DNA of 20,000 nt from Atractiella rhizophila (GCA_021432655.1 MU271227.1:61354-81353); one strand, 5' to 3'; shown: positions 1-10,506, counted from the stretch's first letter. Notes: generated by a model not told the origin, from the sequence alone. Numbers and translations: made by a program.

Positions 1-292
1 TCAGTGAAATTTCAATCCATGGCTCTCTAAACGTTTCTCAAGACAAGGTCCATCGAAATTTCATCAACCTGCACAACTCCGGTTCCCCTTCGCCTCCACG
101 GCTCTTTTGTCTCATTGTTCAACTATTCCAGCACCGTCCGTTACACCCGCGGTCCAACGATAAAGATGCGCCAAAAAGCAAAGTTGGGCGCATAATGCAG
201 ACCGAATGAACACATGTTCCATGATCGTCGTTTGTCATCCATCAAAGCCTCAAAGCCATTGTCCTCAATCTCAGCAGCCGAGCGCGTTCTCT

Positions 293-1911
293 TCACTGGA
301 TCGCACCCACAAAACGATACGAATCTGCCACAATGCCATACCCTGGAAAGGGTGCTTTGACCGCTGGAGTCTTGGCGAGAAGGAAGGATTGAGAGAACGG
401 TCTCGTTGTGTTATCCTTCGGAGTGGAGGTGTGCGTCACTTGCCCTGAGACGATGATGGCGAGTGCGGAGGAGGAGCCGACACCTGTTCACATGCATTAA
501 ACAGTGTCAGCCGCTGCTGTGAGCGTAGAAGGTACATATCAAAGTAACGTTTGGAAAGATAACACATGTGGGTTGAATGGAACGACAAAACGTGATTAAT
601 GCGTGATTCCTTGTCAGCTGATTCAAGATTGAGCTAAGTTAGAAAAAGTGTCACCTCTTCCGAAGTGAGGGCCTTCAAATTTACACAAATGTCAGCGTAC
701 CCTTCTTTTACGAACTTGTGACGAGAGAGAACACTCATCGCGTGACAAGAGAGAATAATAATCGTCCTGCCTGCTTTCTGAGGACAAATGTCCGCACAAG
801 AGGGGAGTCGTACGATTGATGAACGTTGAACATTGAACAGTTCGAGTGCGAGGGCCGGCAGAAGGCATTTGTAATTTCATTCTTTCAGTTCAGAAGCCAG
901 CACAAGCTTTTGATTTGCTAAAAGAACGTGAAACCTCTGCACCTCTGAAATACATTGACAAGTCAATCGGGATGACAGGCAGGAAGGTTATCAGAAGAGG
1001 GAGTACGCAAAGGCCATTTATGCTAGCGAGAAGATGCAAGGCTCTCTCCATCTTTCAGCTCGTCATGATCGAATCGTCGTCAGTGAGATTAAAGGGCAAA
1101 CACGCGGCTGCTCTCTTCCTTCTGGAAGGAGCTAGCGCTCCGCGCGTCCGTGTGGATGCAGAAGTCAACATAGGAAATGCATGCAAATGCAATGATCGTT
1201 TGAGGTTAGGCTCAACATTGGAGCGTCGACTTCGACAGGAGGCATCTGGTTCTCATCGATCTTATAATTTAGCTCCCAACTGAGGCGTTTCAGGAAGCAC
1301 ATGCATATGTAATGTCTCCGTGCAATAAGTCAGGTAGACACCTCAGATCGTCCAATGTCTAACATGACATGCCTTGATTTCTAGGCTCCAAAACGAAATA
1401 AAGCAGCACATCATCCATTCCCGATCTCATCTTTAAGCAAATTGGCCAGAGAGAGGACTCACCAGGCACGGTATGGCAGTTATAGCTCTCCACGCTATGT
1501 TGACTCTTTGCCAGTTTCTTCCCAATGAAACAATCATCGACGCATTACTCTCCTTCCTTTCCAGGTATTTTGAGAAGATAGAGCGACACACCTGAAGCAT
1601 CTGTTCAAACGCGGCTGGGGTATCGAACGCAGTACCGTTCCATACGATCTGCTCTCATCAAGCAGAAGATTAGGTGGAATCCAATGAAGGAAGGCAAGGA
1701 GACGGCAACCTTGGACTTTTCGCCATAAAATTTGCCCACTTCTTGTTCCCCAGGAGTGGTGGTGGCTGAGGACGCGTCTAGTGCGCGGTAATAGGACTCG
1801 ATGAAGAGCTTTACTTTGCTGTTTACGTCGTCTGTTCAGTGGGAGAAGCGCACAGGAGAAAAGAAAGCGAGCCCACTTCAGATCGTCTGTGTCGGAGGGG
1901 ATGCTGCTCAT
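293..1911 (-). CDS. NXT1: NTF2-related export protein NXT1 (p15), partner of NXF1/Mex67; 5 exons, 148 aa
   Basis: Exons 1911-1877, 1818-1710, 1648-1592, 1517-1463 and 483-293 join in frame through GT..AG introns. The product is MSSIPSDTDDLNKVKLFIESYYRALD...KFYGEKSKIVWNGTAF...KLAKSQHSVESYNCHTVPGVGSSSALAIIVSGQVTH...RPFSQSFLL...YGIVADSYRFVGAIQ*. FxxxYYxxLD, VWNG, HxVxSxxCH, VSGxV, RxFSQSF and DxxRFV are hallmark NXT1/NTF2-fold motifs. Not present in the ORF track. Confidence 0.9.
484..1462 (-). other. Oversized (979 nt) intron 4 of NXT1
   Basis: Strong GTGAGT donor at 1462, and GCTGAC branch plus AACAG acceptor ending at 484. Joining restores the NXT1 frame (TVP-G-VGSSS). No NXT1-like coding sequence was seen in between. 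Confidence 0.85.
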
Positions 1912-2305
1912 TTTGTTGGATCGTTCTAGTAGATACAAAGGAGATGTGCAAGTGGAACAGTTATCGCAGGCTGGATCAAGCCAAATTCCAGATTCCTTTT
2001 TCCACTTAATTTGAAATGAAGAACAAGAGAAAGAAATGTGTATTGTGGAGAGTCAGTCAGCCGCGGCTTCCGGGCCTCATTACAAGCCATACTTATTGCA
2101 GGCAGCAAGTGTGTATAAGTCGCTTTCTCTGCCCCTACAGGCTATCAAAGTACGGCTTGTAGTTGATCACATTAAAAAAAACACAGGAGAGAGTGTGTTT
2201 TTGTGACAGAACTAAAACCCGAATTTTCGACCGGGGACAGTCTGACTCGCTTTCCGATACTTCTCCCTCAAAAGGGCCGCTCAAAAAACGAGCAAGACTT
2301 TCACG

Positions 2306-3657
2306 ATGATAGATCCCAGCGCCATGTCTTCCGCCTCTCCTCCTCCCTACTCCAACTCCCTTCCACTCCCAGCTCCAGCCGCACCGTCGCCTGCCATCCA
2401 CTACGATGTCCCCAGACCTCCCTCGGCATTCCAGCTGGCACTTCCCCAGACGAGGGACGAGATACAGGAAGCGGAAGCTGCACCGTTCGAACCTTCTCAG
2501 GCCGCCATAAACAGGTTTTTGTTATATCTCTAGAGATTCCAATCTCATCAAGACCAACATCATCCTCGATCCGTCTGTCAAGCCGCCGGCTAATATCAGT
2601 GCGTTTTTCCTTATTCTAATACCCAAAGCGTTGACTTTGTCTGGGATTCAGAAATACCGGAAGAGATGAGTGCTGGACCACTCAGCGGACAGGCTTTTCC
2701 ACCTAAAGGTCTGCCGTCCAATGCTAGCTCCTCATGTCCCATGTGATGCTCATACGTGGATGGTGACGTGTAGGAAAAGGGTACAATTCTTCAGCCTATA
2801 TCTATTCCGCCTGGGGATCAGTCGAAGCCTGCTTCTGGTTGAAAGGGGAGAGAGGAAGGGATGCTGGTCGGACGCTCTTGAATGTGAGCTCAAATCATCA
2901 ATGTCAGGTGACCATCGTGCGTTACTTCCTTCCACTCTTCTGTAATATGTTCTTACGCTTGTTACGTGATGAAAGGCAAAGCGCGACCCTAGACAGAAGG
3001 TAGATCTTCATATCAGGACATGGAACGGTGCGTCCACCGTCTACTCCAATGCTCTGTCAACGTCCAACTTAAATGTTTCATAAACTAGGCAAAGTGCAAC
3101 TCCGCATCCCAACCGACTTCTCCGCCTCTCTCACCTTCCGCATCAATCAAGGAACACTCAAAGTATCTCCAAAGATGAAGGAACGCGTGACGATCTATCA
3201 CCACGAGACGAAAGGTGGAGTAGGAAAGATATCGTCTATCGACGAGGCACTCGACCGCCCCTCTCCTCCTCCATCCGGCGCCGGTTCTCCCCTCCCAACT
3301 ACCCCAGCCAGCCCTCCGCTCTCTTCGTTGGCCACCCAAATCCAACCGCATCGACGCTCCCAGTCCTCCTTCTCTGCCCTCCTTGACACCCTCACCGGCG
3401 CGGCTCCAAACAGCGCATTCCTATTCCCCTCCTTCACTGCCTCCACTGTGGAGAAACCGCCGATCCACCTCTCGGAGGAGACGATTGCGGAGGCTGTAGA
3501 AGAAAATCCACCACCTGCCTCGACCCCGAATAGGTATGGGACTGAATACCTCGTGTCGGGCGACACGGTCAACGTGAGAACGGCGAATGGGGATCTGGAG
3601 ATCTTCGAGGTGGGAGAGGGAGAGGAAGAGACAGCGAGCGAATGCACTATCTGTTGA
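2306..3657 (+). CDS. Uncharacterised basidiomycete protein with repeated beta-strand 'NGxV/I'-type motifs (resembles the DUF7330 family, from memory); N-terminal PPPY, C-terminal CTIC; needs one frame correction at ~2515
   Basis: Introns 2599-2651, 2709-2773, 2917-2975 and 3028-3088 give a continuous frame: NLIKTNIILDPSVKPP...SAWGSVEACFWL...RTLLNVSSNHQCQVTI...LHIRTWNGKVQLRIPTDFSASLTFRINQGTLKVS...DTVNVRTANGDLEI...ECTIC*. Exon 1 (from ATG 2306 or 2324) is 1 nt out of frame with it. Confidence 0.7.
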
Positions 3658-4195
3658 GTTGATTGATTACCTGTGAGCATGTCCACCTTGCTTTCGATGC
3701 TCGTCTTTGTATTTCGATCTTGTGTTATTTATCCAGTCCGACGTTGTACATTATATCCACATTATGTGGCTCGTAAAATGTCATTGACATCTTTGTCATA
3801 TGATCATCCATGCCTTATCTAAGCCGTGCCACTGGATTGGGGGCTTCGCCTTCCTTCCAGAAGTGAGGGATAAACATCCATACTGACACAAGATGTCGCG
3901 TCGTCATTTACTTCAACGATATTTCTCGGTTTTCTACTTCCAGACCAGCCATATTAAACCATCAAGAGACCATGGTCACCGGTTACGTCCCTGCTGACAC
4001 CACCGGACCAATAACGGGAAGGGTCACAATAGTCTCACTCACGGCCGGATGTGAGTGACCCCTTTCCCACCTCCCGCCTCTCTCGCTCTACCACATTGTT
4101 TTCCATCAAACAACCACCACCTCTTTCACGTTCGTGCCCGTGCCCTGCTTGATATTTACCGTTTACTTGATTCTGTGCTTCGATTACCTTTCAAC

Positions 4196-6144
4196 ATGCC
4201 TGCGAAATCGACTCCCAGCACGAGCATGAAACCTAAGAAATCATTTCTCCCGTTTCTGTCCAAAGCAAAGTCTGTCGGAGGGGAGAAGAAGGGGAGAAAG
4301 GAGAAGGAGGTGAAGAAATTGAGGTCGCATAATAGCATGTCTGAAGAACTGAAGAGGATCATCAGTGGTAATGACGTTTCGAAGAATGAAGTATGTATTA
4401 TCAAATATCACAGAGCAAATTAGGCCTGACATATCGATAGCAAGTACCTCCGGTCCCCAGGCTGCAAATTCAAGGTCCATCTCCAAACCTCGGCACCATC
4501 TCTCCGTCGTTTCCTCAGACGTCTCCTTCGATGCCACAATATCACACTGTCCATGTACCATCTCGCGAATTCCCCAACATGTCCCTTTCATCACGAACAA
4601 CAACTGCTACCTCGTCCACGGTCAGCAGCCTCCGCTCACGATCGAGAACGACCACATGCCCTTCCACCTCGAGCGAATATTCAAACGTCCTCCCGAAGTC
4701 ACACAAACGGCCCGCTCGTCCTCCGCCGCTCCCGCGACCAGACGTTCGCACCGCGTTTCATCAGCCAGATGACGATCCGTTCGTCAAACACAGTAGACAT
4801 ATCCTCCGCCCCCGTAGCGTCCCAGCCACCCCAATCGTTCCTCCAGCTCAATGCTCCTGCCCTCCCACGGCGCAACTTCCGCAGCAACCGGTGTTTGATT
4901 CGCGACCATATTTCTTTGACGATCTCGTTCCAGTTCACCCTCCATCTTTGATACCCGGTCACCTTCAGCTGGCTCTTGGAGGAGGGACAGGGAGAGCTAT
5001 GGAAGGCGTCCAACTATCACCTTCGCCAGCAAGGAGGATGTCCGTTTCTTCTTCTGTTTATTCCACAGACAAAAGACCCTCCATTGCCCATTCGGTTAGA
5101 GGCTGTTCTCCTGAACTTGATCCTTTCCGAAGTCCGAAAACGCCAGTCAAACGCTTTTTAACTCCCACATCATTTTCCGAAGCTTCATCGCGTCAATCCC
5201 TTCCAAGCGCCGACAGGGTTTCTCCTGTGGTGTCCTCCCGGTCCCTTTTGCGGAGATCAGTGCCTTCCCCCTCCTCTTTGCCTTTCTCGATGCGACTTTC
5301 GGATCACAGGTCGCGCCAAAGAGTCGTTTCTACGCCCACGATCCGACAGGAGGCAAAAAATCTCTGGAGAGAACTCGAGGACGAGTTAGGCATGGCAAGA
5401 TGTTTTTCGGACGAGGACAATCTCTCACCTTGCCACTCGAGGATTCAACGGCCGCAGGCGTCAATGAAATCTGTCCAGTCGAGTTTGGTCCCTTCCAGCT
5501 CGCGCCGCGTCAAGAGACAAAGTAGCATGTATGGGAAGCAGGGGAGCTTGAGCAGGAAAAGCAGCTCCCAGACTACGGCTTCTGGAATTAACAAGAACAC
5601 GAAAGGAAGCGTTAGTGTCAGGAGTAGGAATGGAAGTATCAGCAACAGTTTGAGTAGCTCAAGGAAAGACAGCTTGTGTCGAAGCATAGACGGGAGCTTT
5701 GCGAGGAGTAGGGAAGATTCGACAGGCTCAATATTTCAGAATCTGAGGACCGAACACGAAATGAGCGAAGCTTGTACTTCGCTCTCCTACCTCTCAGCCG
5801 TCAAAGAACAATTTCAGAGTCCTTGCCGGGAGATGGAAACGCAGGAGATAGATCCAGACGACAGCTACATTCCAGTTCTCGAGCTCATCGCTTTCTGTAA
5901 CGACGAACAACCGCCCATCAATCTCACGATCCCCGCAGCTCCGGCCCCTTCCATGTGCTCTGGATCGTCTGGCATTTCGACAAAGTCCAGACTCTCAGAC
6001 CTGTCCGTCAAATCGACTGTTTCGAACATTTCTGTTAAGTCAAGGTCGCGGATCCCAGTTCGAAAGAAGGTCCCTCGCGCTTTCACGACGACCACAGTGT
6101 CAACAACTCCTTCTCCCCAACAGCACCTCCTCGTCCAGATTTAA
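4196..6144 (+). CDS. Hypothetical Ser/Pro/Arg-rich, probably disordered protein, ~632 aa, 2 exons, Lys-rich N-terminus
   Basis: Exon 4196-4390 (MPAKSTPS...SKNE), intron 4391-4440 (GTATGT..CTGAC..TAG), then 4441-6144 in frame with the 537-aa ORF. No recognisable domain. Confidence 0.75.
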
Positions 6145-6357
6145 GCTCTGGCGTTCCATTCGTCGTTCTTTCAGTGTGTTGATACCCTTTATTGTATGAG
6201 GGTCTGGGGAACAGCGCAGAGGGAGATGTACAGTGCATTAGTAGGGATTGTAATTTGATGCTATGAGAGACGTCTGCCAAAAAGTACAGTTCCAAAGCAA
6301 AGAGGAGCTCAAAAGTCCTGAAAACAAAACCATATTCTGTACCAATCTTGGTCGTAT

Positions 6358-9300
6358 TCAACGCAGTTCCCTCAGCTTGAATAGCACAGAGATGGTGAGA
6401 CAGATAGCGAAGAGGACAATCCATGCGAAAAGGACAACAACGTTTCTCGCATAGCTGGACGTGTCGAAGCCAAATAGTGTTCGCATGATTAGAACGCCGG
6501 ATATATTGACATCAACTCCCTGCGATCTTGATTCAACGGAAGGTTATGAAGGCAGCGAGACATACCTGAAGAGTATCTCTAATTTGAAGCCCGGTTCCAA
6601 CTTCATTTACCGTCAGGGCTTCAAGAGCATATCGTAGCGGACTAATGTATTGCAGCCAGCGAAGGACCGGAGTGATCGAGGCAATGTTGATAAAGAAGCC
6701 TAACAGGCTGTCAGGATCCTCACCGGTGGAAGAAGAGACAGCATACCCGCATATGCCATTTGGAAGAGAGTCAGCCTGTAATACAGTCAGCGTTGGTATC
6801 ACGTTGAGAGCACAGAATATACTCACACTCCAGCTACGAGTATCGCTGTTCCACCGTTACGGATGGTTGCTGCCAAAGTCAAGGCAAAGAATGTGATGAC
6901 GATATTGAAGAGGACAAGCACAAGGAGGTATTTGAAGAAGGATGCCACGCCCTTCGCCAAACCAACCATGAAATAAACAATGATGGCGAGTAAGATAGTC
7001 GGGATCACTCGTAACGGTACAATGTCAAAGACGATCCGGGAAAGCAACCAGGAAATGGGGGAATAGTAGGCTGCTGATCGCTCCTTGAGGAATAACTCGC
7101 GAACGCTTACGAAGTTAGAGAGCGCAGACAGCGAAGAGAATGCAATCAAGGATCCTACAGCAGTCATGCTCAGAATGGATCAGATATCTGCAGCGATGAG
7201 CCTACCAAGGAAGAATAGACTGCCTACGCGATTCTGGAAACCGCTGATGGAATCATTCACTTGATAGAAAAGCCCCCCAACAAAAACTCCGATGATAATC
7301 TGCGTAGACTTTAACTCAGAAACAACATGCAGACCGTCTAACTTACAGCCAGGACATTATGCATGACGATCAAAGACCAGTCCCTTCGCAGGTTGTATAT
7401 TTCTCTTGCTCCGATGGTTTCAAACTGCGTCAACATCGTCGTTACTGGCTTGTTGTTTTTCCCAGTGAGGGAATATAGTGATAAGCGCTTTTCAGTGGTG
7501 ACCGGAGCGTCCTCTACCATATCGACTGCAGGAGGATTCGGACCGCATGAGATTTCAAGGAGGTAGTCCGCGGGATTGTAATTTGGGGGGAGTGAGTAGC
7601 CATGGGCTGCAAAATGGTCCATGGCCGATTCAGTCGGCCCACAATAGAGCGGTTTTCCATACCCAAGAAGCAGGGTTCTGTCAAAAGCGTGGAAGATCTG
7701 AGAGCTCGGTTGGTGCTATCGCAGACTGAGCGTCAAATGGAGGGATATGGAGGTAAATCTCACAATGCTCGCGATGATAGTCGTGCCGTTTTCTTTTGCC
7801 AGAGTACGCAATACATGCACAACGTTAGCAGCTCCGGCAGAATCGAGACCGGACGTGGGCCTGTCACACATCAATTATGCCGCCATGTGGAATGCAGGAA
7901 AAAGGACGAACTCATCCAAGAACAAGACATTGGGCTTCGACAACAGCTCCATTCCAATACTCAACCGCCTCCTCTCACCTCCAGAAATACCTCTACGCTC
8001 TCCATCGCCAATCTTGCTCTCCGCAATTCTCTTCAATCCAAGCTGCTCTAATATCTCCCAAACCGTTGTATCTTGAACAGTCCGTGGCGTGTTGTCTGGG
8101 AGCTTCAGATTCGCCGCGAAAGCCAAAGCCTCTCGGACTGTGAGGTGGGATGGAAGGACGTCGTTTTGATCCACAAATGCAATTGTAGGATGGGACGAAG
8201 AGGAGGAGTCCGAGGAAGGAAGAAGGTAGACGTCACCAGATAGCCGACCTGCCTTTCGTTTGCATGACAAGATGTCCAATAGAGTCGATTTACCTGATTG
8301 TGCGTGTCAAACTTGGACATTTGGAATGATGAAAGGCGCTTACCAGTCCCAGAAGCCCCCAAAATTGCAAGCATCTGACCAGGAGGCACGTATCCACTGA
8401 CGTTCGAGAGGATTTGTTTTTCACCCTTTTCTTGGCCACGTAGTGGTATCTCGTCTTCGTTGGCAGGAAAGACGCCTCCTGAGAAGCTGGTTTCCGTCCC
8501 TTTCTTCTCAGCAACGAACATTTCCGGTTTGGCGTTTATATTATTTCTCCTCCTCCGCCTTGACGTCGTGGTAGGTTCCAAAAAGGCAAGGAAGGAAGAC
8601 CGAGTAGGTATGGAATAGGAAATGTTCTCCCACCTCACCCCAACAGAACTCGCCTCTTTCTCGGTAATGGGAGCGCGTCGAGCCTTTCGTTGTGCTATCC
8701 ATCCCAGGAGTATGAAGAGGAGAGCAGCTCCGATGAGCACTCCTACAATCGCCAACCCAACGATGACTCCAGGGCTGAGCTCCTTCTTATGCGCAGCCGC
8801 CTCGTCGCTCGCCGCACTCTCGATAACGCTTTGGAAAACACACTCGCCAAAGCCACATCCGCTGAGTGTGAGTCCATTCGGTCCAAAGAGGCTTTGCAGT
8901 GCCTCCTGCTTGAATGCACAGGTAGAGTTGGAAGAAGAGGTCGAGCAGTCGATGGTCAGCTCTCCATTCAAACCGTTGATGATATTCGTCAAATCCAATC
9001 CTCCGCCACCACAAAAGTCCGTGCCAGCGATACAGCGGCAACTTAGCTCTTTGCAAACAAAGGAATTAAGCTGCTTTTTCGTGTTCGTGGTTTGAGAACA
9101 GGTCGAAGCAGCGCAATAAAACTGCTCTATCGGAACCTTAGTTGTTGAAGAGGAGGGCGTATACCAAAGTTGAGCGGAAGCACCGCTTATACCTGACGTG
9201 TACGGATACGAGAGTGATGAGGAAGAGGATCCGACAGTCTTTTGGATGGCGAGGACGGCGGTTCCTGAGAAAACGGCTTTGACAGTCGGATTGTCGACGT

Positions 9301-10212
9301 CGCAGGTCATGGAGCCCTGTATCCTCGCCCTCAGCTCACGAATGAGGGAGACAGAGGGGTACGAACGCTTGTATACACCCTAGGTGCCGTATTACATACG
9401 ACAGTAGAAAGTGATTCTCCCCCTGGGAGAGTACCGGACGTTGGGATGTTGCCAGAGGCTGAGGAGTTGGCTGAGACGGCATTTTGACATGCTTGGTTGC
9501 TGGTGCACACTGCAAGGCCACAGAGTAAGAGACATATACTTTGCCAATACTCTCTGCATTGTGCACCATTATGCGAGTTTAAGGTAGTCTCCCTCAAAAT
9601 CAAAACTGTCAATTGGACCCGGACCGGCGGGCATAGCCCAACGATGTAGCAAATTATTTTGAGAAATGAACAGCCTGAGACTGACCGAGCAAGTAGACGG
9701 CAACTGAGAAGTGAGGGAGTGCTCTGCAATCCTTCCTCAGCACAATTTTATTCTGAGGCTTTCTCGCCTTTAGAGCTGAATGCAAGACGCGCAAATAATG
9801 TGCTCCCAAACTGCCCATGAAATTGTCCCGCGTGTGTTCTATTCAAGCGGAAAGGATAACCAATTCTCATCCCAAGTCCGCATAAAGGTTCTTGATAATA
9901 GAAAGATTTCTCAGTTCCATGATGCTGAAGCTGGTCAGCTCCAGCAAGCATGAAAACAAACGTTCCCAACATCCTGAAACGCTGATACTGCTCTCCAATA
10001 ACAAACGTAGCAAAAGATAGCGCACCATTACACCCAATCCCACCCCATCCTTCATCGCAGCTCGCACATGCGCCGTTTGTGCTCAAGTTTCTCCCCTGCG
10101 GCGGTAAAATGGCGTTGGAGCAAGTGAGCGTCGAGCAGTTGTCCCCAGTGAATGGGCCAAGGCAGGACCCTGCGGAACATGTAGCGTTGGGGGATATGTT
10201 AAGGCAGGACAT
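6358..10212 (-). CDS. ADP1: ADP1-like ABCG half-transporter with Cys-rich EGF-like N-terminal region; 11 exons, ~965 aa
   Basis: Exons 10212-10026, 9509-9367, 9316-8344, 8293-7912, 7860-7764, 7715-7347, 7299-7206, 7154-6827, 6775-6747, 6699-6566 and 6519-6358 total 2898 nt and stay in frame. Motifs: CDEGWGGIGCNVC, CRCIAGTDFCG, a single TM before the NBD, Walker A GASGTGKS, signature ISGGERRR, Walker B VLFLDEPTSGLDS, IHQP, then an ABC2 membrane domain (GFQNRVGSLFF, ERSAAYYSP, WLQYISPLRYALEAL). Confidence 0.92.
9510..10025 (-). other. Oversized (516 nt) intron 1 of the ADP1-like gene
   Basis: Joining the GTGCGC donor at 10025 to the TTGCAG acceptor at 9510 reconstitutes GIGCN-V-CTSNQAC. The other nine introns of this gene are 46-51 nt. 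Confidence 0.75.
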
Positions 10213-10499
10213 GTTCCCAATCCTTTCCTCGTCGTTGGCGTTGGCGAAAACAAGCTGCTTAGCTGGAACTCTTGAAAATGGAGTGACAGAATGAAAGAAT
10301 GAAGGGAAGTGGAATGTGGGGTTGACTCCTGAAAGGGCCGAAGCTTCTGTGAGTTCCTTGATCTGATCGAGCTTTTGGAGCACAAAATAGCGGTAAACAA
10401 CCGTCAACAAATCAAAGTTAAGGAACAAGGACAACGACGAAGCCCTTGTTTTCTTTTGGTTTCTTTGCGATTGCCCTCGCATCTCGCCCTTTGCAAGGC

Positions 10500-10506
10500 T
10501 ATAAAA
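10500..10506 (+). promoter_or_regulatory. Candidate TATA box (TATAAAA) in the divergent promoter between the ADP1-like gene and the 10574 gene
   Basis: Consensus TATAAAA about 70 nt upstream of ATG 10574. Confidence 0.4.

Noticed and set aside
3..209. Open + strand frame running in from the window edge (SEISIHGSLN...MQTE*)
   Set aside because: It could be the 3' end of an upstream gene, but there is no recognisable motif and it is too short to support.
846..1283. 145-aa + strand ORF inside the NXT1 intron as a nested antisense gene
   Set aside because: GTG start, no recognisable motif and no obvious coding bias; likely chance.
484..1462. Box C/D snoRNA, U3 or TPP riboswitch in the NXT1 intron
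   Set aside because: No RUGAUGA box C paired with CUGA and a terminal stem, and no TPP core motifs found by eye. A covariance-model search is still needed.
3085..3686. Minus-strand ORFs over the last exon of the 2306 gene, and similar antisense ORFs over ADP1, ALG5 and the 16784 gene
   Set aside because: They are antisense or alternative-frame shadows of real coding exons.
9640..9920. TPP riboswitch in the ADP1 intron (CTGAGA motifs on both strands)
   Set aside because: The downstream CCUGAU...UAAU...GCGNAGG core is absent and the host gene is not thiamine-related.
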